DNA from: Neoechinorhynchus agilis
Lineage: Eukaryota; Animalia; Acanthocephala
Assembly (NCBI GenBank): GCA_051530055.1
Contig: CM121341.1
Span: 14,300,784-14,364,783, forward strand
Direction of reading: 5' to 3'
Length of the DNA: 64,000 nt
Part shown: positions 22,607 to 35,699 of the stretch, one piece after another
Numbering within the stretch: the stretch's first letter is position 1
How the letters are laid out: every line of letters begins with the position of its first letter
Position numbers and translations under genes: made by a program
The notes under the pieces: generated by a model
Databases searched by the model: none
Seen by the model: only the letters and a program-made list of their open reading frames with translations
Told to the model about the DNA's origin: nothing

Positions 22607-25046
22607 ATGACAGCCCTTAGTGCTCAGCCTCCGCCATCGCAAACATTGACCAGCACTGGCTCAGGAGGCGATCTCTCAATGCTGGCGTCTTCTTCTACGA
22701 GTGCAAGTTCACTACAGACGGGCTCAGTTACTGCTGGAAACGTTCACCAACCAAATGTCTTGTGGCGGCGCAACGAGCAATTGACGAAATGGCTGACATC
22801 GGAGACGAATAAAGAATGCGGAGATGGTCCCTGCCGGAACCCAGCTCGGGTCAACTTCCAACAACCTTGCGTTTTCATGGCTGCTTGCGCAAGTGAGGAC
22901 CTTGAAGAGGTCACACGTCTTTTAAACGCTGGTGTTGACGTGAACACGGTGAATTCAGACGGTATGACCGCTCTTCTACAGGCTTGCATAGATGGAAATC
23001 TCGACATGGTCCGGTTTCTTGTCAGCCATGGAGCTGATATCAACTACGAAGACAACGAAGGATGGACCCCACTCCACGCAGCCGCTTCATGTGGTGATTT
23101 AGACATTGTCAAGTATTTGGTGAGCGTTGGTGCCAATTTGAGTGCTTGTACGTACGATGGTGAACTGGTAATCGATACCGCAGAGGACGAACCTGTTTCT
23201 GAATATTTGAAAAGCGTACGATCTGAAATGGGTTTCTGTGCATCGTCTGTCAAAAAGACTCATTTCTGTAATTGAGAAACGTGGAATCGATATAGAACAA
23301 GCTCGTCAATTGGAGCACGATACAATGCTCGCAGACGCAAAGCGGTGGGCGTCTCTATCTACAAAGTGGGCTGAGAGGGCTCATCCTCAAACAGGCGCCA
23401 CGGCGGTCCATGTAGCAGCTTCCAAAGGATACATGGATGTTTTAAAGATTCTCGTAGACGATCTCCCGTCTCGTCGGCGTCCTCTTAACCTCGATGCTCG
23501 TGACTACGACGGGTGGACTCCATTGCATGCCGCAGTCCACTGGAATCAAAAGGAGTGCGCTGAAATGCTAGTTCGTGCAGGAGCTAGCATGGATATTCGA
23601 AACTACAATGGACATACAGTATGGGATTTATGTGACGATGAGATGGAGACGTTTTTAAGGAAAGTCAAGAAGACAGTTGACGAAGACAGACGAAGCGATA
23701 TGGTCGAGGTCAAGACTGGTAGGCAGTTTGTGAGAGACGTTACAACTCCACTTAAACAGCAATTCGATTCCATGGAGTCAGGAGATGGAGCGGCGTATTC
23801 TAAAAGACGATCTTCGCAGGAAAGCGTTAACGAGAAGGTAACGAACGGTCAGCGAAAATATAGTCAACTTCATCAGTCTTTAAAAGACATTGAACAGCGG
23901 TATAAACAAGAAGATAATCGAGCATCCGACAGTGGTGATGCTATGAGCGGCAGTAATAATCGAGCAGTAACTTCGGGTGATTTCGTGGCTAGTAGAAGAA
24001 GTCGGTTTGAAAGTGCTGCCGCTGGAATACAGCAGCAGCAACGAGCTACGGTTTCTTCACGACGGTTTGGTGGTGACACAAGTGCAATTCTTGAACCATC
24101 AGCACAGTCAGCCACGATCAGTCGACCTCTTCGTTCCACCACAAAAGCGTCCTCACCAGGTCGCCTGATGGCTGAGGTGACAGCTGTAACCGTAAGTTCT
24201 CCTCCTCCGCTCACCGTGACTGCCAACGTCAGCGTGAGTAGTACAAGCAGTAGCAACGCCGGTGGTTCGACAAGTGCCAAATCTCAGACTTCTTCAGTGT
24301 GGAATCCATCTCAGTCGTCGAGACAGACTCGTGTTCCTGAAGAAGCAGAAGCTGAACGGAAACGTAAGTCAGCTAAGGCTCGGCGCGAAAGGAGAGCGAC
24401 GCAAGGTGTCACTAAAGAGGATATTCTGGCGGCTGAACAGCAAATAATGGACCAGCAACAACAACAACAACAACAAGAAGTCGTTGTAACAAGACGGTCC
24501 AGTGACGTAGACACCAATAAACTTCAACGTTTCATTGAACAACAAAGAAGAGTGTCCACGGATGACAATGGTAAAGATGAAACCAAAGTACCGAGTGGAT
24601 CTTCTTCGAGTGATGCTGCTCTAACCACCTTAAATAATGGCGGATCGACGAAACGTCGTCCTAGAGCACACAGGCGACCAACGGGTCGGATTTACTGGAA
24701 TGAAGAGACTAATGAAGTGGAGGTGCGTCCAGTAGCACCACCCGATAAACGGGAGTCTCCAGAGCCAAGCACTGATACTCGACGTTTAGATCAATACAAA
24801 CAAGATATCGATGATCTCCACTCGAAATGTCAGAGACTTGAGCGTCAAAATACGGAACTTCAATCGTCTATTTCTACTCTTAAACGCGAAGTATGCGAAC
24901 GGGATCAGACTATTGATAGACTGAAGACTACGTCGACAAGATCTGACTTTGACCGACGAAAACTTGAATGTTTAAAGACGGAGAACGTTAGACTGAAAGA
25001 AGAGAATGCTGCTCTAATACGAGTTATAAGCAAACTTTCCAAGTAG
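22607..25046 (+). CDS. PPP1R12: Myosin phosphatase targeting subunit; one short intron within 23216-23276
   Basis: RVNF (RVxF) motif, ankyrin repeats (GMTALLQAC, GWTPLHAAASCG), RERRATQGVT, RRPTG, and leucine-zipper end ENAALIRVISKLSK*. Confidence 0.95.
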
Positions 25047-25884
25047 GCTGCGTTGTTGAAACATGTACGCCTCTTTTTCTGCCCGTCATTTATTGAATAA
25101 ATTATATTTTATCTTAAAGATGCGATCCCTTCACATGGATTTCTTGTCAAAAAGCATGCAAATTTAGGCGTCGAATTTTTCAAGATTATTGACCGAAAAT
25201 CTAGCACTTGTTTGATTGTACCCTATTCGTTCAACTCTACACAAGCTTTGATATAAAATATTCGATTATTGTTGATCATGAATTCAAATACTTTTAACTG
25301 AAACCCTGAAAACAATATTCCTCACAATATTTGATACAAGAGATGTTCATTGACGTCAAAGATCATCTAAAGACGGATGGAAAATTTGAACAATTTTAGC
25401 CGTAAACCGAATGAACCAGAATGTATTTTTTGTAATAAGAAAATTTTTAAGAATCAATAATCAGGTTTAGAACAACTCAGATTCTTTAGTCTCGCAATTT
25501 AATATCTAATAAAAAATACAAAATTGACGAAAATATATGCTACGATTCGCGGAATTGCAAGAACGATCAAGCGATTTGCGAGGTTCAATAATTATAGGTT
25601 GCATTTAAATAGGTGATAGCCGATGCAGAACATCTAAATAACTCAAAATTATCTCGACAATCGGAAGCCGTCTTCCGAATACAAGCGATTATTTCAGTCC
25701 CAATAGTACACGAAACTCGTTTGGTTTTATGACATTATGTTAAATTAAAGGAACTGCTACAAGAAGAATGAGGCTAATTGCCGACGGTAATCGTGGCCAG
25801 TAATTAAGGTTGAATAACGTCGCCTTCCGAATGGTGTCCGGTCCAAATTAATTCAGATTCAGATGAATCACTGGAGATCCGAGA

Positions 25885-25990
25885 GCAAAACATTAGCCCG
25901 GCTTTACAATGGGGAAGGAACTCCGCATTCGTCTTTTCGACCATTACACCAGGACGGCAGCTGAGTGATTAAGAGCGGCGGTGCGAATGT
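25885..25990 (+). mobile_element. CRE-like extreme 3' tail fragment
   Basis: ttcgaccattacaccaggacggcagctgagtgatt. Confidence 0.7.
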
Positions 25991-27020
25991 TTGACAAAAT
26001 TTCAGAATATAAATCACGAAATCTTTTCCGACACTGTAAAAGAAAAAGAACATTGAGCATATTTTCGGGGGAAACGCGAATTAATTGTGACCGGACACCA
26101 TTTTTGATAGTAGATTTTTTAAGGATAACCGAAAACCCGTTTGGAAGTGGTCTTAGAAGAAGGCGAAATTGGGGTAGAATTGCATAATTTGAGCTTTATT
26201 GTTAAAAATAATCACTTATTTGATTTCTGTACCGTTGTACACAGCGACACAAGTTGAATAGAACAACACTCGGGTCCAGATAATTGAAGTTTCATTGCGA
26301 TTACAAAAAATCGATACAAAATCCTTCGGGTTAATCAAATTAAAATTGTTTCATTTAGGAGCTTAGATAGTAAAACTAACAAATGACTGATAAGGGGAGT
26401 TTACCACGGAAGAAATGTACATAGAATTTATGATGAGTATGTACAATGAACACATTTACTTTACTGTCTTACGAAATTACCGGTCAATAGTTGACTACGA
26501 CGATTTCGTCTAAAGTAATCTGGCTTCCAAAGTGCTTCTTTAATTTTCTGTTTCGTACCTATTCAGCGTAATCTTTATTCTTTAACTTTCTCTCAAGAAG
26601 TCATTTAGCATTCAAACTGAAACCTTTTAGCGATTAGAACGTAATAAAATTTAAAATCTTTCGTGTTTAATGCCTACAACTAAAAAACTGTCCTTTCGGT
26701 AATGTGAATGAAGAATGAAAAGTAACCTCAGGGACTCAAAGGGAGCTTGTTGGCTAAGACATCATGTGATCCCCCCTTCGGGTTTGTTTTCCATATAACA
26801 CGATTCACTTCCTCAATCTCCATGTTAAAGCTGGATTAATTTTCTAAATAATCTTCCAATTGAGCACTATTTCCAATAATTCATTCAACTATCTGCGTGG
26901 AAATTCAAATAAGTATTTAAAGTCGTGACTTTTGGCGATGCCACGATCTGAGCTAAATAAAGTTGGAATTTATGGGACCAAATTTTCTCCCCAATAGTTT
27001 AATAATTTTACGGATAAATC

Positions 27021-28674
27021 CGTCATTTTGTGCTTAAATGACGTTTGCTTTGAGCGCGCTGTCTGATTGGTTCCTTTTCTATTAAAGGATTTTGTCTAAA
27101 TCGTGATTCAAGATCTATTTTCATGATTTGTTCCATAAATAATATGCCACTTTGTTTGTGTCCCTTCTACTGAACACTTTCCATTGTTTTCAGATGCAAC
27201 AACAACAACAACTTCAAACTGACCTTCAAGAAGACTACGTTGCGATGGAGGAAACGACATCGACGGCAGTTGCGCCAGCAGATTGTTCGGAATGTGAACC
27301 TGTGATTCCGAGTACGGCCATCACTGAGCCGGAACAGATTCGGAAGGTTTTTATTGGAGGGTTGGGCCAACAAATAGCACAGGAGCACTTGGACGCTTAT
27401 TTCTCATCATTTGGTCGATTGACGGACTGTGTTGTTATGAAGGATCCGAATGGCCGGTCCCGAGGTTTCGGATTTGTGACCTTTACCCACAAGCACATGG
27501 TTGATTCGTGCATGGCGGCACGGCCTCATGTGATCGAAGGACGAGAAGTGGACGCCAAAAGAGCGATGCCGAAGGAGGATTCGCAGAGTGGCGGGCGGGA
27601 TATGAATGTGAAGAAATTGTTTATTGGTGGCATAAAAGACGGTCTTAATGAGGAAGATCTTCGTGAGTATTTTCACAAGTATGGCGAAATAACCGATTGT
27701 ATCGTAATGCGAAATGCCGAAGGCGTTGTACGTGGGTTCGGATTTGTCCAATTCACAGATTCTGATTCCGTTGACCAAGTTGTTCTTCAGAGGAGGCATA
27801 TTATTAAAGATCAAGATTTAGATGTGAAGAAAGCTATTCCTAGGCAGCAATCGAGAATGCAATCGTCTTTTAGGACTCCAATTAGACATCATGATAGTGG
27901 GTATCCAACTTCGATGAACTATGAGTCTCCGTATAGTGCTGCGGGGTTCGATAGTCAATACGCAGCACCAAATACTCAGGGCATCTACAACCCCCACGGT
28001 CCGCCGCCGGCGGACTACTACCCGCCGCCAGGATACATGCCGATGATGACACCTTATGGCGGCGGGGCGAGTGGTGCCGGTGGATACGAGCCGTACCCCC
28101 AACAAAGATTGGGTCCTCCGTATAGTAGGAAAAGAGGAGATCACAGCGGGCCGTATAGACAGGTTGCTGGGTATGTCCGTCCCGACGGCCGATTGGCTTC
28201 GATGCGACGAGGCACTGATCGTCGCTACTAAGTTTAGCGAGTGTGAATGAATGAACGTTGTTCCACGCGTCACAAAAAGGAGATTAGTCTCTAGAGTGTA
28301 GATTAGCCGAGGAGGAGGGGGCATCGAGTTCACTTATAGGATTCGGTCGTAGAACACTGAAACTACGTAAAGGCATTTTAAAGTGCACTGCTTATCGCAC
28401 AAACTAATCGTCTTTTTCTCTCTCGTTTAGAGCCACAAAGACTCGTGTTCAACTGGCGTATGATCGGAAAACACTATGAGGAAATAAATTTGATTCTCAT
28501 GAATGAAAGACAAACAACGTTTTAATCGCTTTCTTGGTCGCATTTCGTTCCTTTTATGATGATTCAAAGAAGTTCGCCTTTGTTCAAAATAAGCACATTT
28601 TCTCGGATACCTATTCGGCTATCGCTAAAGTGACGATTTTGTTCTATGATCATCAAAATATTAACCCATTAAAT
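27021..28674 (+). repeat. Left arm (1654 bp) of a large inverted duplication
   Basis: Reverse complement of 30239-31901 apart from a few substitutions and a 9 bp CAA-repeat difference. Confidence 0.97.
27194..28231 (+). CDS. hnRNP A/B family protein (two RRMs, G/P/Y-rich tail), intronless CDS, copy 1
   Basis: EPEQIRKVFIGGL, RSRGFGFVTF, VKKLFIGGIK, RGFGFVQF. Confidence 0.93.
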   Translation: MQQQQQLQTDLQEDYVAMEETTSTAVAPADCSECEPVIPSTAITEPEQIRKVFIGGLGQQIAQEHLDAYFSSFGRLTDCVVMKDPNGRSRGFGFVTFTHKHMVDSCMAARPHVIEGREVDAKRAMPKEDSQSGGRDMNVKKLFIGGIKDGLNEEDLREYFHKYGEITDCIVMRNAEGVVRGFGFVQFTDSDSVDQVVLQRRHIIKDQDLDVKKAIPRQQSRMQSSFRTPIRHHDSGYPTSMNYESPYSAAGFDSQYAAPNTQGIYNPHGPPPADYYPPPGYMPMMTPYGGGASGAGGYEPYPQQRLGPPYSRKRGDHSGPYRQVAGYVRPDGRLASMRRGTDRRY

Positions 28675-28729
28675 GAAAAATACTTAATTTCGGTAAAGCA
28701 AGCATACATAATCTATAGTTTCGTCTGCT

Positions 28730-29690
28730 AGCCGCATTGCCCCGCAATGCTTATTTTTTGCGCCAAGAACGACGTCGATCTTGGCTCTCCAGTCGCTGCG
28801 TAAATTCGTTTCCCCAAGTCCTTCAAGAGGGCTAGTGCCGACCCTCCCAAGGCCCCATACGTTTCCACACCGAAGGGGACAAAATGGTAATTTCTTGTTA
28901 GCTCCCTGTATTTTGAGCATTTCCGATCCTCTGCAGCCGTGGCTGATGTTGGAGTTTGCCAACGTGTCCACACACGTTGCATCCCACAACAAACATTTTC
29001 CCTCCCGCCAAGGAAATACGGTCACGCCATTAGGGCGTCTTCCATCTAATCTACAAAGATTAGTGGGTTCTAGAATGTTTGGGAGGGAATGCGCTTTTAG
29101 AGTCCTACTCAGAATGACATTGATTTCAGCATGCCTTGGAAATCGCTGACGTCTTGCATATGAGACCGTGTCTCCCCGAAGAGGCCACTATAGTGCCGCA
29201 GCGGCAGCGATGCGGGATGCAAATCGTCTCAAGGATACTGCGATCCTGACGACTGAGTCAGCAAGGCGATTTCCAAGTTTCCCTACAGGGAGAGGATTCA
29301 GCCACGCTCCCGACTCCTTCGTGGAACAGGCTACCAGCCGGACCTGAGACACCTCATCCAGAAGATCTTTGAAAGAGTTGTGAATCTTCTGAACAAGAGG
29401 AATGTCCCAAGACGACTGTTTGCATTCATTTGCGGGGAGCTGGTTGATGCCTGTCAATTGATGCCATTGAGATAATCCCGTGGCAAAGATCAAATCCTTC
29501 ACTGATGTGCCTAAAATGGCATCGACATAGACTTTACTTGCCCGGCAAGAGGAGAGGAAGGCAGGTAAAGCGACGTCTGAAGTGGTGTGAACTCCCAAAC
29601 CACCATAAGCCGTGGGAGAAGTAGTCTGTCGCCAACCTGTGTCAGAAAATTTGACATGCTCAAATCGACTACAGGCTTGCTTATGTTGAG
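28730..29690 (-). mobile_element. CRE-like 3' fragment, second subfamily, in the spacer of the inverted duplication
   Basis: YGGLGV, VRIAVSLR, RPNGVTVFPWREGKCLLWDATCVDT, FVPFGVETYGALG. Confidence 0.88.
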
Positions 29691-30238
29691 CGACCCTCAT
29701 TTATATGACGTCCCTTCCCAACATCGAACGAAACAAATTCCAGCTAATTCTGAACTTCGAATTAACTATCAAAGATATAAAAAGGTGTAAATCTATTTCT
29801 GAAGTGTTTGAACATTTATACGCTGTAGATTCAGCTATACTTCATTTTTATTTCCTCTGGAAACCTCGTTTTCTAACGGCCATAGCCAAATTAACTTGAT
29901 CTTAGAAATATTAAAGGTTCGAAGGTGTTTAAAAATATTCTTTTAATTAATCGAAGAATCTAAAATGCAGTTTTTTTCAAAAGGGAGAGGATTTGAACTG
30001 TATCAACAGAACCTTTTTAAGTCGAATGTGCAATGAAACACAAATTTCTTTATGAACATTTGTACTTTTTCTCAAGCTCATGACTAAATAGCATCTATAT
30101 CGATTTTAGAGACCCAAAAAAATAAGAGAAGGTCAGCACATTTTTCTTACAACAGCAATGATTCATTGCTTTCATTAAAAATGGAGTTTAATCCCGTAGT
30201 CCATCTAAATAAATGCCGAATAATTAATGCCAGTTATA

Positions 30239-31901
30239 ATTTAATGGGTTAATATTTTGATGATCATAGAACAAAATCGTCACTTTAGCGATAGCCGAAT
30301 AGGTATTCGAGAAAATGCGCTTATTTTGAACAAAGGCGAACTTCTTTGAATCATCATAAAAGGAACGAAATGCGACCAAGAAAGCGATTAAAACGTTGTT
30401 TGTCTTTCATTCATGAGAATCAAATTTATTTCCTCATAGTGTTTTCCGATCATACGCCAGTTGAACACGAGTCTTTGTGGCTCTAAACGAGAGAGAAAAA
30501 GACGATTAGTTTGTGCGATAAGCAGTGCACTTTAAAATGCCTTTACGTAGTTTCAGTGTTCTACGACCGAATCCTATAAGTGAACTCGATGCCCCCTCCT
30601 CCTCGGCTAATCTACACTCTAGAGACTAATCTCCTTTTTGTGACGCGTGGAACAACGTTCATTCATTCACACTCGCTAAACTTAGTAGCGACGATCAGTG
30701 CCTCGTCGCATCGAAGCCAATCGGCCGTCGGGACGGACATACCCAGCAACCTGTCTATACGGCCCGCTGTGATCTCCTCTTTTCCTACTATACGGAGGAC
30801 CCAATCTTTGTTGGGGGTACGGCTCGTATCCACCGGCACCACTCGCCCCGCCGCCATAAGGTGTCATCATCGGCATGTATCCTGGCGGCGGGTAGTAGTC
30901 CGCCGGCGGCGGACCGTGGGGGTTGTAGATGCCCTGAGTATTTGGTGCTGCGTATTGACTATCGAACCCCGCAGCACTATACGGAGACTCATAGTTCATC
31001 GAAGTTGGATACCCACTATCATGATGTCTAATTGGAGTCCTAAAAGACGATTGCATTCTCGATTGCTGCCTAGGAATAGCTTTCTTCACATCTAAATCTT
31101 GATCTTTAATAATATGCCTCCTCTGAAGAACAACTTGGTCAACGGAATCAGAATCTGTGAATTGGACAAATCCGAACCCACGTACAACGCCTTCGGCATT
31201 TCGCATTACGATACAATCGGTTATTTCGCCATACTTGTGAAAATACTCACGAAGATCTTCCTCATTAAGACCGTCTTTTATGCCACCAATAAACAATTTC
31301 TTCACATTCATATCCCGCCCGCCACTCTGCGAATCCTCCTTCGGCATCGCTCTTTTGGCGTCCACTTCTCGTCCTTCGATCACATGAGGCCGTGCCGCCA
31401 TGCACGAATCAACCATGTGCTTGTGGGTAAAGGTCACAAATCCGAAACCTCGGGACCGGCCATTCGGATCCTTCATAACAACACAGTCCGTCAATCGACC
31501 AAATGATGAGAAATAAGCGTCCAAGTGCTCCTGTGCTATTTGTTGGCCCAACCCTCCAATAAAAACCTTCCGAATCTGTTCCGGCTCAGTGATGGCCGTA
31601 CTCGGAATCACAGGTTCACATTCCGAACAATCTGCTGGCGCAACTGCCGTCGCTGTCGTTTCCTCCATCGCAACGTAGTCTTCTTGAAGGTCAGTTTGAA
31701 GTTGTTGTTGTTGTTGTTGTTGTTGCATCTGAAAACAATGGAAAGTGTTCAGTAGAAGGGACACAAACAAAGTGGCATATTATTTATGGAACAAATCATG
31801 AAAATAGATCTTGAATCACGATTTAGACAAAATCCTTTAATAGAAAAGGAACCAATCAGACAGCGCGCTCAAAGCAAACGTCATTTAAGCACAAAATGAC
31901 G
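30239..31901 (-). repeat. Right arm (1663 bp) of the inverted duplication
   Basis: Matches the left arm in reverse complement. Confidence 0.97.
30682..31728 (-). CDS. hnRNP A/B family protein, copy 2
   Basis: Same protein as copy 1 except 8 versus 5 N-terminal Gln and one S-to-A change. Confidence 0.93.
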   Translation of the reverse strand: MQQQQQQQQLQTDLQEDYVAMEETTATAVAPADCSECEPVIPSTAITEPEQIRKVFIGGLGQQIAQEHLDAYFSSFGRLTDCVVMKDPNGRSRGFGFVTFTHKHMVDSCMAARPHVIEGREVDAKRAMPKEDSQSGGRDMNVKKLFIGGIKDGLNEEDLREYFHKYGEITDCIVMRNAEGVVRGFGFVQFTDSDSVDQVVLQRRHIIKDQDLDVKKAIPRQQSRMQSSFRTPIRHHDSGYPTSMNYESPYSAAGFDSQYAAPNTQGIYNPHGPPPADYYPPPGYMPMMTPYGGGASGAGGYEPYPQQRLGPPYSRKRGDHSGPYRQVAGYVRPDGRLASMRRGTDRRY

Positions 31902-32622
31902 AAATCAGAAAACAAAAACTTTTTCGGGATTATTAACTATTTGGATTTATCTGTAAATCGAACAAAAGTGGAGCACTAACCCGATTTGACTGTACTTGGT
32001 TTTATTTGAGAGAAATCTTTGAACTACTAGTAAGAAACTTAGTACTTTTGAGATTGCAAAGCCAATCAACGAAATTCCGCCAGGATAAAATCGATTATCA
32101 AAAATATTCCTAAGATGGATCCGAGCCAAAAAAATGAGCATTTGGAGTGTCTCCAGATTCCGCGAATATTATCCTTCGGCCATTCCTTTGGTAGCTTCTT
32201 TCGTCAAACACGAAAGATGTTAAATTTTCTTACGTCACAAAGGGGTAAACAACAATTATTCAATCGGAGAATTAGACCAATTGAAGATCATTATAATTTT
32301 TGATTATGTTGTTTTGTCTGTATTGTTTTAAGATTTAATATTTTATGTTTAGTTATGGCTCGCACACTATAAATTCTATGAATGAACATAGTTTCGTTTT
32401 CTTCAAATGTTATGTTTGTTCGGCAGCTTCCTTGATGGCCGCGGCATTGCCGCGTTGGATCGCCGCGCTGATTCGCTGCAACAGGAAGCTGCTGGATCGC
32501 ATATCGCCGGTGGCATGTTTTAGCATCCCTCCCAGTCGTGAGTTAAAAAATTAATAGAATTTATTTATTCCGATATTTCGGTACAATCTTATGTCCGCAC
32601 TAAACAAAAAAATACTAACTAT

Positions 32623-32760
32623 CAATGTGCGGCCTTTTTCACGACTGATAATTTTCCTCCTTGGGCACATCGACCACCGATTTTTGCCAGGGAAGCGCTG
32701 GTCTGCGCTTAATGCCCATGAATGTACAGTTATAAGCTTGTACATCTCCGTCCGGATTTG
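32623..32760 (-). mobile_element. 3' tail fragment of the hammerhead-bearing SINE
   Basis: Reverse complement resembles 39245-39375 (gtgcccaaggaggaaaattatcag). Confidence 0.7.
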
Positions 32761-33653
32761 TATCGTTACGCTTTTAGGTATGTTAATTTCACACATTATC
32801 GGTTCATTTCTTCGGTTATACGTTATTGGCTTTATTTTTCATTAAAAACTGATACAACCCGTACGTAGTTTTTTTTATATGGCGGACGAAAGCTGTTACC
32901 CGACTGGATTTCGTGAGAATCCGCATACGCTTTATAGCGCCAACTCTCCTAGAATCTCATAAGTCTCTTGTCTAAAGGGGACAAAGTTGAAATCTGAAAC
33001 TGTCTATATTTCAGAAATCTCTTGTTATTGTCGCCACTGATCGTGGAACTTTCCTCGGAATGACTGATGTTCAATAAGAGGCATCTTCTTCGATCAATAA
33101 AAATTATCTGAGTTTTGAAATACAATCGCTTACTAATCATATTTCTATTCTTTTTATTATTTGCTGTTTTATCCAAATTCCTTTAATATTGTTGTTTAGT
33201 TCCATTGTTGACACCCAATAGAGATCATTAAATTCGAATGTGTATTCCTGCTGATTGAATTGATAATGACTGATTCAATCAGTCGGAATATACATTTGTC
33301 TTCAATGATCCCTCTCGGGTGTCGAAAAGCGACCTAAATAACAATATATCTAACCACGCCTGAATATAATCCTCGATAAAAAACTCTTCTAAATCTGATT
33401 TACTTAAGATTCTCTATTCTTATCGATTATTTGAGACTTGAAATTGCGCTAAACTAAGACTTAATTCTTTCCTTTGAACCATTTGCAGCTTTCTCCCACG
33501 CTATTCTACGTTTTTATTTCTTAATTAAAATCAGTTTCCTAATCACCACATCGCTTCGATTGGATACTTTGGCTCTCCATATGAGCATTCTTGAATCGCG
33601 CTCTTGTTTTAGCCGTATCCATTTGGAGTGGTTTTGCTCGCGAAAAAACATTT

Positions 33654-34247
33654 TCATTCTCGTACAAGTGCCAGCAAGAATCCGTTGATAAATACACTCG
33701 TGATGAGCATTGCAACTAGACAATAAATGAATTTTGATTGTCGATCAATGAAAGCGCAGACGCATCCTTGCAGGTCATGTACCAGTGATTGCTGTTTTGA
33801 TGCTCCTTTCGTCGCGGTTGAAGCTTCCTGTATACTTACTTCATAATCTACGTTCCTATGCTCATATATAGCCTGACTTGAGTGGATAATTACAAGAGCC
33901 ACGTCCAATACAATGCAAAGAGCCTGGATATCCGTTGTGATCTTCCTTTCTATATTCGCCAACTTCATATGGAAAGTGATGTTGATGATAAAAAAGACCA
34001 TTGGTGTAAAGGTATTCGAATTCAATTGGAATGGCTTGTTGTAAATGATAGAGACGACCAAAATTGTCTGAGTTAGCAATCCAGTTGATAAAAGAGCGCA
34101 TATCTGTCTCCAATGACTTTTCGTTAGTTCCATTGCGTCAAAGTAAAGAGCCACGAGAAGGCTGACGAATGCGATGAACCAAAGGGAGACATAACCTAGC
34201 TGGTAAGACCTTTGTAGTCTCGATGGATTCATTTTTCCGCTCTTCAA
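33654..34247 (-). CDS. Hypothetical multi-pass membrane protein; further exons possible toward 32950
   Basis: 197 aa ORF with about five hydrophobic segments; family not recognised. Confidence 0.55.
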   Translation of the reverse strand: MKSGKMNPSRLQRSYQLGYVSLWFIAFVSLLVALYFDAMELTKSHWRQICALLSTGLLTQTILVVSIIYNKPFQLNSNTFTPMVFFIINITFHMKLANIERKITTDIQALCIVLDVALVIIHSSQAIYEHRNVDYEVSIQEASTATKGASKQQSLVHDLQGCVCAFIDRQSKFIYCLVAMLITSVFINGFLLALVRE

Positions 34248-35699
34248 AATAATGGTTTAAAATTTTTAGTAGCCCGCGTGCGAATACGGTTGCGTACAAA
34301 TGGATGGTTTATGAGTCTTCGCACATCAACCTTCAATCGTCAATCATAATTACTAAAGATACCATAGTGAAGGTTAAGCTGATAACTCTATTACAAGTCT
34401 GCTTCAGTTACACGATGTGGTGAACGTTCAAATTATTAACCAGATTCATGCATCCGTTTATATGGGAGGAACCCTTGTAGGATATCCATAAGATAATGAA
34501 AGTTTTCTCATAAAAGATATTTTCCCCAAAAAACAAAACGATCCTTACACGAAGCAAGCAGAATTCTTTTCATAGGCACTCAATATATTACAATGCTACT
34601 TTGGATTATTGTCTTCGGGGAATAGATACTTTCTTTTACCTAGTTTTGTAACCCCGGATTTAAATTCATTGATGATTTATTGCCAATATTTCACGTCAGA
34701 TAAATAGTAGAAAACTATTAAGCAATGACAAACCTGGGAAATGTCAGAATTATCAGACGTGAAATATCGGAAATAAATTAGTGAATTTTTGAATCCGGAG
34801 TGGCAAAACTACCAAAAGAAAGAAAATATTAAAATGCAAATGTTTTCATTAGATTTAACACAAATTTTTAAGTGTACGGCATTGATCCAAAATAAAGTAC
34901 TCAAGGTTAAACCCTTTAAATTTTCTGACAAATTGGAATTTAATGGACTTTCTTATTTTATATTAGACGTTGCATGCGGGGCTTTTCTGGATGGAAATGC
35001 ACTCACGTGTTACTCGTTTGAAGGATGGAAAATGATTTTTACCGACCCGTACAAATGAACGGCGTTTTTCGAGTGCTTCCTTCCGCTCTATAGGCGTCAG
35101 CTTGACGTTCAATGACACATCATTGTTGTGTCAAGAATTTGGCAACTCCCACTGGCACCCACTACAAACTCGTTGACCAAAATGAGGATGTGTCTTTTGG
35201 AGAGTTTTAGCGTTAGACTTCATATAGTGCGCCGCCGCCTTACAATACAAAACGCCGTTTCTCTAGGTGAGTAGTGCAACAACCCAACAATTACAGTTGA
35301 CATTAAAAATGAATGCGTAAGTCCGGAGGAAGTAAACTTGAGCGATATGGAGGGAAATGTGATGAAAGTGCACGATGAAAACAGTATTTCCTTTTAGGGG
35401 AGATAAGATATTCTTAATATATTAATCGACGTCTGCGTTTTTCGTTAGTGAGACTTAGTGGACCCGTTAGTCCGTAGTGCTCTGTCTGGGACGAAATAGC
35501 CGACTGTAGTTTAGATTTGTTCGTCGTGGGATATCAACATAATGAGAGTTCGCCCCTCTAAAAGCGATAAATGCGACTTTGAACACTTCCTGGTTGGCGT
35601 GCGCCTTGATGAAAGATCTACGCGTTTGTCTCCTTATTCTCAAGGTCATCTTCCTTCAACTTAATGAACATTATCAAAAAAGATAATCCAGGAACAGAC

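Noticed and set aside
24453-24476. CAA microsatellite
   Set aside because: Ordinary polyglutamine coding tract in MYPT1.
25044-25046. Genome-wide reassignment of TAG, suggested by in-frame TAGs in FoxO and NELFCD
   Set aside because: MYPT1 ends at its conserved SK with TAG, ATP5F1B and the GPCR also end in TAG, and long ORFs such as EIF3L contain no internal TAG.
27818-28333. Long antisense ORFs over hnRNP (also 27407-27814 and their mirror copies), FoxO (4598-5233) and MYPT1 (23873-24280)
   Set aside because: Shadows of real coding sequence; no recognisable domains.
34960-35010. EGF-like CMRGFSGWKC motif with a PPPY nearby
   Set aside because: I could not build a stop-free exon chain.
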